DNA from: an uncultured Gemmatimonadaceae bacterium
GTDB lineage: Bacteria > Gemmatimonadota > Gemmatimonadetes > Gemmatimonadales > Gemmatimonadaceae
Direction of reading: 5' to 3'
DNA: 64,000 nucleotides
NCBI GenBank assembly: GCA_963751275.1
Contig: CAVVTZ010000009.1
Location: 288,001-352,000 of the forward strand
Both the position numbers and the translations under genes were made by a program. This document shows, in pieces, positions 31,318-43,957 of this stretch; within the stretch, counting starts at the first letter, position 1, and every line of letters starts with the position of its first letter. The notes under the pieces were generated by a model. It did no database searches and was not told the DNA's origin. It saw nothing but the letters and a program-made list of their open reading frames with translations.

Positions 31318-32054
31318 GCTTCTTCGAGCGGCTCCAGCAGAGCCTGCTGAAGGTGGCCGATCTGCTCCCGTCGCTCGGCGGCGCGCTCGTCATCCTGTTC
31401 GCCGGCTACGTGGTGGCGCGGATCCTGGGACGCGGCGCCGACCGCCTGCTCGCGCGCATGGGTCTCAACCGCTGGCTGACGCGCGGCACCGTCACGGCCG
31501 AAGCGGCGCCGCTCATCCGCCGCCGGCCGGCCTCGCGGATCGCGGGGAACATCGTCTTCTGGTCGCTGATGTTCACGGTGATCCTGATCGCGGCGAACAT
31601 GCTCGGGCTCGAGTCGCTGGAGAACGTGTTCCGCGAGCTCGTCGGGTACATCCCGAGCGTGATCGCGGCGATCGCGATCATCCTGCTGGGGATCATCCTC
31701 GGCGAATTCGTGGACGGATTGATCATCGCATCGGCGGGCTCGGTGCACGGCGGCGTGACGCTCGCGCGCGTGGGACGCGGCGGCGTGATCCTGCTCGCGG
31801 TGTTCATGGCGCTGCAGGAACTGGGCGTGGCCACCGAGATCGTGACCACCGCTGTCGCGATCCTCTTCGGCGCGCTCGCGCTCGCCTTCGCGTTGTCGTT
31901 CGGATTGGGCAATCGCGAGCTCGCGGGGGAGATCACGCGCGAATGGTACGATAACCTCCGAAAGGAACGGATGGCGGTGGACCGTGAGACCGCCGAGCGG
32001 GAGGCGCGCGAAGAGAAAGAGCGCGATGCCGAGGGGAGCATCCGGTTAGATTGA
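31314..32054 (+). CDS. TM-helix repeat protein (CmpX / mechanosensitive channel-like)
   Basis: LPSLGGALVIL and YIPSVIAAIAII repeats; LAFALSFGLGNRE. Confidence 0.8.
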   Translation: MSFFERLQQSLLKVADLLPSLGGALVILFAGYVVARILGRGADRLLARMGLNRWLTRGTVTAEAAPLIRRRPASRIAGNIVFWSLMFTVILIAANMLGLESLENVFRELVGYIPSVIAAIAIILLGIILGEFVDGLIIASAGSVHGGVTLARVGRGGVILLAVFMALQELGVATEIVTTAVAILFGALALAFALSFGLGNRELAGEITREWYDNLRKERMAVDRETAEREAREEKERDAEGSIRLD

Positions 32055-32068
32055 GTTCCGGGATGCAA

Positions 32069-32196
32069 CAACGAACTGCTTTTGACAGGATGCACATGAT
32101 GAAGAACAAGAGCGGGATGAACGGCCTGACCACGCTCAGGCCGTTCATCCCGCTCTTGTTCTTCATCATGTGCATCCTGTCAAAAGCAGTTCGTTG
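32069..32196. repeat. Family C copy 2: perfect 61-bp stem, 6-nt loop
   Basis: 32069-32129 is the exact reverse complement of 32136-32196; loop ccacgc. Confidence 0.97.
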
Positions 32197-32199
32197 CTG

Positions 32200-33204
32200 T
32201 TAATGCCACCGATAGCCGAGCCCAATACCAAAGAAATCCGTATTCTCGTTATAGGTGGTGACCGTCCGATTCCAAATGAATCGCGCCAGCCAGTGGTCGC
32301 CGATGTCGTAGGCGACGGTGGGCGAGACGAGGCCGGCGACGGCGTCCTTTCCCTTGGTGCCGGGGGGCGGTGTGTACTTCTGGTCCACCGCGAAGAACGC
32401 GCCGAAGCCCAGCGCGAGTGAGACGGGGCCGAACTTCCGGGTGGGCCAGATCTGGACGCCGAGTCCATTGCGGACGATCACGGCGTTGTCGCCCTGGTAG
32501 ATGTAGCTGAAGGTCAGGTCGAAATACTTCCAGACGCCGTGGCGGTATTCCGCCATGCCGGCGACGCCCTTGGGGTCGGCGGAGCCGCCGTTGGGGACCG
32601 TCTGGCCGATCATCGCGGTGACCTGATTGCCGGTGGTGAAGGCGGTCTGCTCGACGGGCTTGTACTTGTAGACGTCGCCGTTCTGCGGCTGGAGTTGATA
32701 GCCGATGCCGATGAGCACGCTGAGCGCGTCGAAGGTCTTGGGCGGCGCGATCTCCTCGTTCACCTGCATGCGAAAGATCCAGCGGTCCTTGCCGTAGTAC
32801 GACATTTGGAGCGAGGAGAGCCAGAGCCAGCCCTGCACATTGGAGAAATCGCCGGCGTTGGAGGAATCGGCGGTCGTGTCGTAGAAGCGGTCGACCCCGG
32901 TGGCGAATCCGAAGACGAATCGCTTGGTGCCGAAGGCGGAGCGGATGCCGAGCTGGGCGGCGATGCCGTCGCGCGCGTGGCCGGGGATGTGGCCGTCGTT
33001 CACCCAGCCGGTCTCGAAGTACCAGTGCTGGTCGATCCCCTGTTGGTAGTCGAGCCGCCACTGGTAGGTGGGCTTGGAATTGAACGACTGGTCGAACTGG
33101 GTGCCGATGAAACCGGTGAATTCCTGGGCCGTGGCGGGCGGGCCGGCGGCGATCAGCAGGGCCGCGGCGAGGGGCCCGCTCCAGAGGGGGAAGGATCGAC
33201 GCAT
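32200..33204 (-). CDS. Putative outer-membrane beta-barrel protein
   Basis: Signal peptide, alternating aromatic strands, C-terminal GIGLGYRWH. Confidence 0.75.
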   Translation of the reverse strand: MRRSFPLWSGPLAAALLIAAGPPATAQEFTGFIGTQFDQSFNSKPTYQWRLDYQQGIDQHWYFETGWVNDGHIPGHARDGIAAQLGIRSAFGTKRFVFGFATGVDRFYDTTADSSNAGDFSNVQGWLWLSSLQMSYYGKDRWIFRMQVNEEIAPPKTFDALSVLIGIGYQLQPQNGDVYKYKPVEQTAFTTGNQVTAMIGQTVPNGGSADPKGVAGMAEYRHGVWKYFDLTFSYIYQGDNAVIVRNGLGVQIWPTRKFGPVSLALGFGAFFAVDQKYTPPPGTKGKDAVAGLVSPTVAYDIGDHWLARFIWNRTVTTYNENTDFFGIGLGYRWH

Positions 33205-33329
33205 GACACGCAATCTGGGTCGAAGAATGCCTCTCGGGAAGGCGGTCGTTGCCCTTCGGTTGACCCCTCCCGGAGGTTATATTTCGTGGTCCTGAGATCG
33301 GTGTTTTCGCCCCGTCCAGCCCCATCAAA

Positions 33330-35849
<2,520 letters not shown>

Positions 35850-36041
35850 CCGCGGGCGGCGAGGGTGACACCGCGGACGGCGAATGTGACACCGCTGACG
35901 GCGAGTATGACATCGCTGACGGCGCCTGTGACGTGTGAGACGTGTGGCAACTACAAACGCCGCGGTCGTTGCCACACGTCAACGATCACAGGCGCATTCA
36001 GCGGTGTCACCCTCGCTTTCAGCGGTGTCATACTCGCCGTT
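35850..36041. repeat. Family E copy 2
   Basis: Three 21-bp units on the left and two on the right; loop ctacaaacgccgcggtcg at 35951-35968; starts at the gyrA stop. Confidence 0.93.
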
Positions 36042-36114
36042 TGCGGCCAGAGGCGTCGTTAGGCGTTAGACCACACTGGCGGTTGGAGATCCAGCGGTGC
36101 AGAGTCCTAGTCCC

Positions 36115-37071
36115 ATGTCCACCACGAATCTCGTCACCCTCGCCGATCTCCAAGCCGCCGCCGCCGTGCTGCGGGGCGTGGTCGTCCGTACGCCGCTCTT
36201 GCCCGCGGAGGATCTCGCGCCGGGTGTCTGGCTCAAGCCCGAAACGCTGCAACGCGGCGGCGCGTTCAAGCTGCGCGGCGCGTATTACTTCATTTCGCGG
36301 CTGGATCCGAAGGAGCGCGCGCGCGGCGTGATCGCGCCGAGTTCCGGTAATCACGCGCAGGCGGTGGCGCTCGCGGCACGCCTGTTCGGTGTGCCGGCCA
36401 CGGTGGTGATGCCCACGACGGTCACGGCCGCGAAGCGCGCGGGCGCGGAACGCTTCGGCGCGCGCGTCGAGCTCGCGGGCACGACCACGGCGGATCGGAT
36501 GGCGCGCGCGAAGGAGATGGTCGCCCAGGAGGGCGGCGTGCTCGTGCCGCCGTACGACGACGCGATCATCATCGCGGGGCAGGGCACGGCCGGCGTCGAG
36601 ATCGCTGAGGACCTGCCGGACGTGCGCACGGTGATCGTGCCCGTGGGCGGCGGTGGGCTCAGCGCCGGCGTCGCCACCGCGGTGAAGTTGATGTGCCCGC
36701 GCGCCCGCGTGATCGGCGTCGAGCCGGCGGGCGCGCCCAAGCTCACGCGCGCGCGCGCGGCCGGCAAGCCGGTGGTGCTCGACAGCACGAGCGGCCTGGC
36801 CGACGGCCTGCTCGCGACCGCGATCGGCACGATCCCCTTCGCGCACCACCAGGCGTACATCGACGAGGTGGTGCTCGTGGAGGACCGCGCGCTCCCCGGC
36901 GCGATGCGCTTCCTGCTGGACCGGATGAAGCTCGTGGTGGAGCCGAGCGGCGCGATCACGGTGGCCGCGATCCGCGAAGGGCTCGTGCGCACCGAGGGGC
37001 CCACGGTCGCGGTGCTCAGCGGCGGAAACATAGAATGGGATGGTCTCCGCACGATCCTGGGCCATGGATAA
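36115..37071 (+). CDS. Threonine/serine dehydratase (PLP-dependent, no regulatory domain)
   Basis: KPETLQRGGAFKLRGA, SSGNHAQ, PVGGGGL, EPSGA and LSGGN. Confidence 0.9.
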   Translation: MSTTNLVTLADLQAAAAVLRGVVVRTPLLPAEDLAPGVWLKPETLQRGGAFKLRGAYYFISRLDPKERARGVIAPSSGNHAQAVALAARLFGVPATVVMPTTVTAAKRAGAERFGARVELAGTTTADRMARAKEMVAQEGGVLVPPYDDAIIIAGQGTAGVEIAEDLPDVRTVIVPVGGGGLSAGVATAVKLMCPRARVIGVEPAGAPKLTRARAAGKPVVLDSTSGLADGLLATAIGTIPFAHHQAYIDEVVLVEDRALPGAMRFLLDRMKLVVEPSGAITVAAIREGLVRTEGPTVAVLSGGNIEWDGLRTILGHG

Positions 37072-38542
37072 GTCGCGCATCCTGATCGCGGATGACGACG
37101 ATCTGCTCGCCAGCACGCTCTCGTGGCTGCTGAAGGAGCAGGGCTACGACGTGCTGATCGTGCGCGGCGCGGTGGAACGCGTGCTGGAGCAGGTGCGCGC
37201 GATGCACCCCGACCTCGTCCTGCTCGACGTCCCGTCGCCGGTGAGCGACGGCGCCGCCGTGCTCGAAGGACTCGCCGGCGACGAGCACTGGCGCGATGTG
37301 CCGGTGCTCGCGCTGTCGTCACAGTCGGTGGAGGATGTCGCGCCGCAGCTGCTCACGCTCGGCGCGTCGGACGTGATCGCGAAGCCCTTCCACGTGCGCG
37401 ACCTGCTCACGCGCGTGCGCGTGCAGCTCCGCTCGCGGCGCGAGCTGCTCAACGCGCGCTCGGCGCTGCGCAACACCGAGGTGGAGCTCGAGCGCGCGAA
37501 GAGCGAGGCCGAGAGCCGGCGGAAGATGGTGGACATCCTGCACGAGGTGACGGGCGATTTCTCGAGCGAGGAGCTCTACCACATCCTCGTGCGCCGCGTG
37601 GCGCGCGCGCTCGACATCTCGCACTGCTCGCTGGTGCTCGCGCGGCCGGGGGACGCCGTGGGCGTCGTGGCCGCCGCCTATGAAACGCCCGGACTGCGGC
37701 ATCTCGAGATCCGGCTCGAGCGCTATCCGGAGATCCGCAGCGCGCTGGAATCGCGCGCGCCGGTGCTGATCGAGGATGTGGACGTCAGCCCGATCTACAG
37801 CCAGCTGCGCCACGAATGGGCGGCGGCCGGCACGCTGGTGCCGTTCCGCTCGGTGATCGCGCTCCCCTTCCGGCTGGATGGCGAGCAAGCCGGCGTGATC
37901 TTCCTGCGCACCGTGCAGGGGGAACCGGCGCTGGGCGCGGCCGACGTCGAATTCGCCGACACTGTGGTGGGCGCGGCCGTGTCCGCGATCCGGCGCGCGC
38001 AGGCGATCGAGAATACGCAGGCCGACAAGCAGCGCCTGGAGATCCTGGCCCGGACCGATCCGCTGACGCAGATCCACAACCGGCGCGCGCTCATGGAGCT
38101 GCTCTCGGCGGAGGTCGAGCGCGCCCGGCGCTACGGACTCACGCTGTCGCTCTTGATGATCGACCTCGATCACTTCAAACTCGTCAACGACACGTACGGC
38201 CATCCGGTGGGCGACGAGGCGCTGCGCAGCACCGCGCGCGTGCTGCAGCGGGAGGCGCGTACCGTGGATGTCGTGGCGCGGTACGGCGGCGAGGAGTTCG
38301 TCGTGATGCTCCCCGAGACGCAGGAGGAGGGCGCGGTGGCGGTGGCCGAGCGCATCCGCATCCGGATCGCGGAGCAAGCGATTCTGCCCGGCGCGAGCTA
38401 TGATAAGGCGCGGGTGACGGTGAGCATCGGGGTGGCGGCGGTGCCTTCGGCGCGGGTGAACGCGCCGGAGGATCTACTGGCTCTCGCGGACGAGGCGCTG
38501 TATCGCGCCAAGGCCGAGGGGCGCAACCGGGTATGCACGTGA
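37064..38542 (+). CDS. Diguanylate cyclase (REC-GAF-GGDEF)
   Basis: REC (ADDD, LLD, KPF), GAF, TDPLT, DLDHFK, RxxD I-site and RYGGEEF. Confidence 0.92.
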   Translation: MDKSRILIADDDDLLASTLSWLLKEQGYDVLIVRGAVERVLEQVRAMHPDLVLLDVPSPVSDGAAVLEGLAGDEHWRDVPVLALSSQSVEDVAPQLLTLGASDVIAKPFHVRDLLTRVRVQLRSRRELLNARSALRNTEVELERAKSEAESRRKMVDILHEVTGDFSSEELYHILVRRVARALDISHCSLVLARPGDAVGVVAAAYETPGLRHLEIRLERYPEIRSALESRAPVLIEDVDVSPIYSQLRHEWAAAGTLVPFRSVIALPFRLDGEQAGVIFLRTVQGEPALGAADVEFADTVVGAAVSAIRRAQAIENTQADKQRLEILARTDPLTQIHNRRALMELLSAEVERARRYGLTLSLLMIDLDHFKLVNDTYGHPVGDEALRSTARVLQREARTVDVVARYGGEEFVVMLPETQEEGAVAVAERIRIRIAEQAILPGASYDKARVTVSIGVAAVPSARVNAPEDLLALADEALYRAKAEGRNRVCT

Positions 38543-39663
38543 GCACACGCTGTCCTTCCTGCGGTACGGTGTATCCAGACGACGTGAAGTTCTGCGCCAA
38601 GGACGGCACGAAGCTGCTCGTGGCCAGCACAGCGACGCCGACGCCGGCGACGCCGCCGCTCGGTGTGCCGCCGGTGAGCGCGACGCCACCGTCCGCGCCC
38701 GCGATGCCGCGCAGCCCCACGCCGCCCTTCGCCGGCCCGCGCACCGTGGACTTCAGCAAGCTCACCGGGCAGCTGCTCGACAACCGCTACCAGGTGGTGA
38801 AGAAGGTCGGCGAGGGCGGAATGAGCTTCGTGTATCTCGCGCAGGACACGAACACAGGCGAGAAGGTCGCGATCAAGATCCTCTCGCCGGCGCTGATCAA
38901 GGATCCCACGGCGATGGCGCGCCTGCGCCGCGAGGCGGCGCTGGGCGGCAAGCTCGCGCATCCCAACGTGTGCCACATCATCCGGCTGGGCGAAACGACG
39001 GCCGGATTCGTCTACATCGTGATGCCGTTCGTGCAGGGCGAGCTGCTGTGCGACCGCAACGTGCGGCTGGGGCATCTGCCGCTGGATCTGACCGCGGGCT
39101 TCGTGAAGGACATGTGCGCGGGGCTGCACGTGGCGCACGAGCTGGGGATCATCCATCGCGACCTGAAGCCCGAGAACATCATGATCGTGGCGCGGCCGGA
39201 CGGGTCGGAGCGCGCGGTGGTGATGGACTTCGGGCTCGCGAAGGAGCGCGCCATGAGCCCCGAGGTGCAGAAGCTGACCGCCACGGGGATCGTGCTGGGC
39301 ACGCCGGAATTCATGAGCCCTGAGCAGCTGCGCGGGAAGCAGCTCGATCCGCGCACCGATGTGTACTCGCTCGCGATCATGGTGTACGAGATGCTCACCG
39401 GGAAGCTGCCGTTCGACGGGCGCACGCAGCAGGAGATCATGATCGCGCGGCTCAAGGGCGATCCGATCCCGATCCGCACGAAGCGGCCCGATCTCAATAT
39501 TCCCGCGGGCGTGGAGAAGGTGCTCACGAAAGCGCTGGCGCGGGACGCGGAGAACCGGTACGCATCGACGCTGGAATTCGGCGACGCATTCGCCCGGGCG
39601 GCGGCGGGTGAAGAGCCTGAAGAAGGCGGCGGGGGGATCATGGCCAGGTTCCTGAAGCGCTAG
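38539..39663 (+). CDS. Hanks-type Ser/Thr protein kinase with N-terminal zinc ribbon
   Basis: CPSC..CAKD; GEGGMS, AIK, HRDLKPEN, DFG and GTPEFMSPEQ. Confidence 0.93.
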   Translation: MSTRCPSCGTVYPDDVKFCAKDGTKLLVASTATPTPATPPLGVPPVSATPPSAPAMPRSPTPPFAGPRTVDFSKLTGQLLDNRYQVVKKVGEGGMSFVYLAQDTNTGEKVAIKILSPALIKDPTAMARLRREAALGGKLAHPNVCHIIRLGETTAGFVYIVMPFVQGELLCDRNVRLGHLPLDLTAGFVKDMCAGLHVAHELGIIHRDLKPENIMIVARPDGSERAVVMDFGLAKERAMSPEVQKLTATGIVLGTPEFMSPEQLRGKQLDPRTDVYSLAIMVYEMLTGKLPFDGRTQQEIMIARLKGDPIPIRTKRPDLNIPAGVEKVLTKALARDAENRYASTLEFGDAFARAAAGEEPEEGGGGIMARFLKR

Positions 39664-39673
39664 AGCGAGAGTA

Positions 39674-39857
39674 GCGACCCGAACTCCGTTCTTCGCACCC
39701 CGAACACCGTGAGGCGTGAGGCGTGCGACGAACGCCTCACGCCTCACGGAGTTCGGGTGTCGGCTCACGCTCCACAGTCCGTTCGTCGCACGCCTCACGC
39801 CTCACGGTGTTGGGGGGACGAAGAACGGCGTTCGGGGTTCGCCTCACGCCGTTCGGG
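39674..39857. repeat. Family D copy 3
   Basis: Inverted arms 39678-39734/39780-39836 with TGAGGCG heptamers; termini match D2. Confidence 0.93.
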
Positions 39858-39901
39858 AGCAGCGAGTTGCTCATTCGCCGCGACCCAGTGAGATTCCACG
39901 C

Positions 39902-41032
39902 ATGAAGCGTCACCCTCCGTTCGAGCCGCCCGAGTATTTGAATTGGCAGCCCGATGATGTGCTGCTGGGCGAGTTCCGTGCGACGCTCGACAAGGACCCC
40001 AAGCGCGCGGCGGTGATCCGGAAGCTCAGTCCGGTGCAGCTCCTGGACATGTACTCGGGGCTCGTGCGCAACCGGCTCGCGGACATCGGCCTCAAGCGGC
40101 TCGTGCGGCAGGGCGTGATCTCCAAGGCGTGGCTCGGCACCGGCGAGGAAGCCGCCACGATCGGGCCCGTGCATGCGCTCCGCCGCCCGCGCGCGGCCAC
40201 GACGCCGGCGGCGCGCGAGACGTGCGATGTGGTCGCGCCGATGATCCGTAATGCCGGCGCGTGTCTCGAGATGGGTATGTCCGTCGCGGACATGCTGCGC
40301 GCGTACATGGGCACGATGGATGGCCCGGCGCGCGGGCGCGACGGCCACTACGGCGACATGGCGAACGGTGTGCTCGCGCCCATCAGCCACGTGGGCGACG
40401 TGGTGCCGGTGGTCGCCGGCATCGCGATGAGCTTCCTGGCGCGCGGCAGCGACCGCGTTGCCATGACGTGGATCGGCGACGGCAGCGTGAAGGCCGGCGT
40501 CGCGCACGAGGGGCTCAATCTCGCGGCCGTCCGCAAACTGCCGGTGGTCTTCATCATCCAGAACAACCAGGTGGCGCTCGGCACGCGGCTCGACCAGCAC
40601 CACCTCGCGGCCAAGGGGGAGAAGTTCGCGCAGTGGCCCAAGGCGTACGGGATGTGGGGCGGCGTCTTCGACGGCAACAACGTGCTCGACGCCTACGCGC
40701 TCGCGGCGCTCGCGGTGGAGCGCTGCCGGCGCGGCGAAGGGCCGGCGCTGCTGGTGGCCGAGACCTTCCGCATGGGCGGTCACGCGACGCACGACGAGGC
40801 CGAGGCGCGCGAGACGTTCGATGCGTCGCTGTTCGATTATTGGGGGAAGCGCGATCCGGTCGCGATGTTCGAGGAGCACCTCGTGCGCACGGGGATCAGC
40901 CGCGAGCGGCTGGCCGAGGCCGAGCGCGCGGTGGAGGCGGAAGTGGACGCCGCGGAGGCGGAGGCGATGGCGAGCCGGGCCGACCACATGCCGGCGGGGC
41001 CGAGCGCGTTGAGCGGGGTATACGCCGAATGA
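39902..41032 (+). CDS. TPP-dependent 2-oxoacid dehydrogenase E1 alpha subunit
   Basis: GTGEEA, GDG..NN TPP motif, RMGGHATHD and RDP. Confidence 0.88.
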   Translation: MKRHPPFEPPEYLNWQPDDVLLGEFRATLDKDPKRAAVIRKLSPVQLLDMYSGLVRNRLADIGLKRLVRQGVISKAWLGTGEEAATIGPVHALRRPRAATTPAARETCDVVAPMIRNAGACLEMGMSVADMLRAYMGTMDGPARGRDGHYGDMANGVLAPISHVGDVVPVVAGIAMSFLARGSDRVAMTWIGDGSVKAGVAHEGLNLAAVRKLPVVFIIQNNQVALGTRLDQHHLAAKGEKFAQWPKAYGMWGGVFDGNNVLDAYALAALAVERCRRGEGPALLVAETFRMGGHATHDEAEARETFDASLFDYWGKRDPVAMFEEHLVRTGISRERLAEAERAVEAEVDAAEAEAMASRADHMPAGPSALSGVYAE

Positions 41033-42186
41033 ACTACAAGTGGCGTCAGTGGCGACTGCTGGCGTGTAGTACGGCATGCGTCGTGCTCTCCTGCTCGGCG
41101 CAGGAAGGCGGGCTCACGCTGCCGACGCAGCCGGCGCAGGACTCGCTGCAGGCGCGGCTCACGGTGCCAGCCGGATTCACCGTGAAATACTTCGCGCGCG
41201 GGTTGACGGGGGTCCGATTCATGGCCGTGGCGCCCGACGGGTCGGTGTACGCGAGCATCCCGCGCAACAATGAGGTGGTGCGGCTCACCGACACGAACGG
41301 CGATGGCGTGGCCGACAGGATGGTTCCCGCGGTGACGGGGCTCGACCGGCCGCATGGGATCGCGTTCCACAACGGCTGGCTGTACATCGCCAACACGGCG
41401 AGCCTGGTGCGCGTGCATCTCAAGAGTGACGGCACCGCCGCGAGCGCGCCGGAAACGCTCGCGACCTTCGCCGGCAACGGCATGCACTGGACGCGCTCGA
41501 TCGCGTTCGGCGCGGACGGCTCGTTGTATCTCGCGATGGGCTCGGACTGCAATGTGTGCGCCGAGACCGACACCATGCGCGCGGCGGTGACGCGCTACGA
41601 TGAGAACGGCAAGAACGGCCGCCGTTTCTCGTACGGCCTGCGCAACGCCGTGGGGATCGCGCTGGATCCCGCGACCGGCGAGATCTGGGTGTCGCAGAAC
41701 GAGCGCGACAACATTGAGCCCGACCACGAGAACCTGCCGCCCGACGAATTGAACATCCTGCGCGCGGGCGGCGACTTCGGCTGGCCGTACTGCTATTCGC
41801 AGCAGGGGACGGCGGTGCCGAACCCCGAGTTCCACGACGCGGCGCGCTGCGCCGGCACGATCCCCGCGGCGCTCGATCTGCAGGCGCACTCGGCGCCGCT
41901 GGGAATCGCCTTTCTCGCGACCGCGTCGAAATTCCCGGCGGACTGGCGCGGCGATCTGCTCATCGCGTTCCACGGCTCGTGGGACCGCAGCGTGCCGACC
42001 GGCGCGAAGGTGGTGCGCGTGCACATCGTCAACAACAGACCGGTGCGCTACGATGATTTCATCACGGGGTGGCAGTTCGCGAGCGGCCAGCGCTGGGGGC
42101 GGCCGGTGGGCGTGACGGTGGCGGCGGATGGATCGGTGCTCATCTCGGATGATGCGAGCGGGGCGATCTACCGGGTGACTCGCTAG
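41029..42186 (+). CDS. PQQ-dependent sugar (sorbosone) dehydrogenase family
   Basis: GSDCNVC, GLRNAVG, NERD, FGWPYC, AHSAPLG, HGSW and GRPV; ATGA overlap. Confidence 0.88.
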   Translation: MNYKWRQWRLLACSTACVVLSCSAQEGGLTLPTQPAQDSLQARLTVPAGFTVKYFARGLTGVRFMAVAPDGSVYASIPRNNEVVRLTDTNGDGVADRMVPAVTGLDRPHGIAFHNGWLYIANTASLVRVHLKSDGTAASAPETLATFAGNGMHWTRSIAFGADGSLYLAMGSDCNVCAETDTMRAAVTRYDENGKNGRRFSYGLRNAVGIALDPATGEIWVSQNERDNIEPDHENLPPDELNILRAGGDFGWPYCYSQQGTAVPNPEFHDAARCAGTIPAALDLQAHSAPLGIAFLATASKFPADWRGDLLIAFHGSWDRSVPTGAKVVRVHIVNNRPVRYDDFITGWQFASGQRWGRPVGVTVAADGSVLISDDASGAIYRVTR

Positions 42187-43229
42187 TGCGAGGTCATCGC
42201 CCGCTGGCGCTGGCATCGCTCGTGATGTCGACGGCGGCTGTGGCCGCTGGCGTGTTGCCTGCGCAGCAACAGCGCTCCACGGTGGTGGCGAACGCGCTCG
42301 TGGCGCGCGGGGACACGATGCTCTTCGCGGGGCGGCTGTTCGGCGCGGAGTCGGCGTACTACCGCGCGGCGTACATCGCGCCGCACGACGGGAACGCGCG
42401 CATGGCGCTGGGCCGCTATGAGGCGGGGCGGGGGCGGTGGCGCATTGCCGCGGTCCTGATGGAGGAGGCGCGACATTTCGGCTCCGATCCGGCGCTCGTG
42501 GCGGTGGACCTCGCGCCGGTGTATTCGATGCTCGGCATCGCCGACTCGCTGTACCGGCGAAAGGACGATTGGGCGGCGCTGGCCGCATTGCCGAGCGCGG
42601 CGATCCCGCTGGGCGAGCGGCTGCGCGCCGAGTATCTGCGCACGGCGCCGCCGGACATCGACGGGCCCGATTCATCGGTCGTGATGTACACCGTGAGCGA
42701 CAGCCATCTGCTGGGTCGCGTGAAGCTCGCGATCGGGAACGACACCGTGTTCGCGGTGATCGACGCGCGGGTGCGCGGCCTCGTGCTCGACACGTCGTGG
42801 ATGCGGCGCGACTCGGTGAAGCGGTTCGGGCCGAGGGGCTCGAAGGATCCGGCGCAGGTGTACGGCGTGATGCCGCGTGTGAAGATGGGCGACGTGACGT
42901 TCACCAACATCCCGGTGCGCTTCCAGGGATTCAAGACGAGCGGCAACGCACTGGTGGGGCTCGATTTGTTCGGCGCGCTCGCGCCGACGTTCGACCCGCG
43001 CGTGGGCTACGTGCTCGTCCGCAAGGGCGGGCGCGTGAGCGACAAGCTCGCCGGCTGGCGCATCCCATCGTTCGATGGCAAGACTGGCGTGATGGTCGTG
43101 AAGGGCGACACGATGTTCCCCGTGGGGCACCCCGACGTGCAGCAGTATTTCAGAGTGGGGAAATGGACGTGGGATGCGAGGCGCGGAATCGTGGTGGTGG
43201 ACTCGGTTGGAGTAAGTCCGAGTCCTTAA
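42186..43229 (+). CDS. Exported protein: TPR-like N-part plus retropepsin-like C-part (degenerate)
   Basis: Signal peptide, helical repeats, AVIDAR and LVGLDLF. Confidence 0.55.
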   Translation: MRGHRPLALASLVMSTAAVAAGVLPAQQQRSTVVANALVARGDTMLFAGRLFGAESAYYRAAYIAPHDGNARMALGRYEAGRGRWRIAAVLMEEARHFGSDPALVAVDLAPVYSMLGIADSLYRRKDDWAALAALPSAAIPLGERLRAEYLRTAPPDIDGPDSSVVMYTVSDSHLLGRVKLAIGNDTVFAVIDARVRGLVLDTSWMRRDSVKRFGPRGSKDPAQVYGVMPRVKMGDVTFTNIPVRFQGFKTSGNALVGLDLFGALAPTFDPRVGYVLVRKGGRVSDKLAGWRIPSFDGKTGVMVVKGDTMFPVGHPDVQQYFRVGKWTWDARRGIVVVDSVGVSPSP

Positions 43230-43345
43230 CTACAGACTTGGACGTTAGACTGAGACGCTAGACTGCCACGACAAAGGGCTCCCGGAATCCGGGAGCCCTT
43301 CGCCGTTGTATTCCAACGTCTCAGTCTAGCGTCCAAGTCTGCAGT
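43229..43345. repeat. Family H copy 1 (13-bp-period arms around a terminator-like hairpin)
   Basis: Arms 43229-43262/43312-43345, 30/34 complementary. Confidence 0.92.
43274..43300. terminator. Bidirectional terminator-like hairpin
   Basis: aagggctcccgg-aat-ccgggagccctt between convergent genes. Confidence 0.7.
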
Positions 43346-43348
43346 AGA

Positions 43349-43798
43349 TCAGCCGCCAATGGTGAACGTCTTAGAAGCGATCACCGCGCCCGTCGCGTCC
43401 AGCACGGTCAGCTTCCACTCGCCGGTCCAGTCGGACGGGATCGTCTTGCGGCTGTAGGTGCGCCACGGGGAGCCGCCAATGTTCAGCGTCACGGTGTCGG
43501 CGTGCGGGCCGTGTGCCCACACGTGCATGATCTTCGAGTCCGCGGCGCCCGTGACGCTCGTCCACGCGACGAGGGTTCCGACGCTCGCGGGGAACGACGA
43601 TCCGGTGTCGGTCGCCATGTGGTTCTCGATCGCCTTACCGATCACGACCTCGGCGGTCACGCCGGCCTGCGCCGCGGGAGCCGGAGCGGCGGCCGGTGCC
43701 TGGGCCGCGGGCGTCTGAGCCGGCGGTGCAGCGGGCGCCTGGACTGCCGCGGTGAGCGCGACGGCGCCGGTGAGGCCCAACAGCTTCCAAGTGCGCAT
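43349..43798 (-). CDS. DUF2914-like exported protein
   Basis: Signal peptide, Ala/Pro linker, HVW...WRTYSRK...GEWKLTV. Confidence 0.8.
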   Translation of the reverse strand: MRTWKLLGLTGAVALTAAVQAPAAPPAQTPAAQAPAAAPAPAAQAGVTAEVVIGKAIENHMATDTGSSFPASVGTLVAWTSVTGAADSKIMHVWAHGPHADTVTLNIGGSPWRTYSRKTIPSDWTGEWKLTVLDATGAVIASKTFTIGG

Positions 43799-43873
43799 GA
43801 GATGACCTCCGAGAGGAATCGTGACGGTGCATCGCTCGGACGACGATGGCTCCGCACCGGCACCGAGTCAATG

Positions 43874-43957
43874 ACAGCAGACTGAGACGTGAGACTGGGA
43901 CGTTAGGCGGCGAATCACGGCGGTCTAACATCCAAGTCTAACGTCCAAGTCTGCTGT
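43874..43957. repeat. Family H copy 2
   Basis: acagcagactgagacgtgagactgggacgttag / tctaacatccaagtctaacgtccaagtctgctgt; ends at a stop codon. Confidence 0.88.

Noticed and set aside
32069..32196. Hairpins as long-read fold-back artefacts
   Set aside because: They fall in intergenic gaps, recur as families, have distinct loops, and gene order continues normally on both sides; read confirmation is still advisable.
39902..41032. Orphan E1-alpha as a novel stand-alone enzyme
   Set aside because: Motifs are ordinary and a beta subunit may be encoded outside the window.
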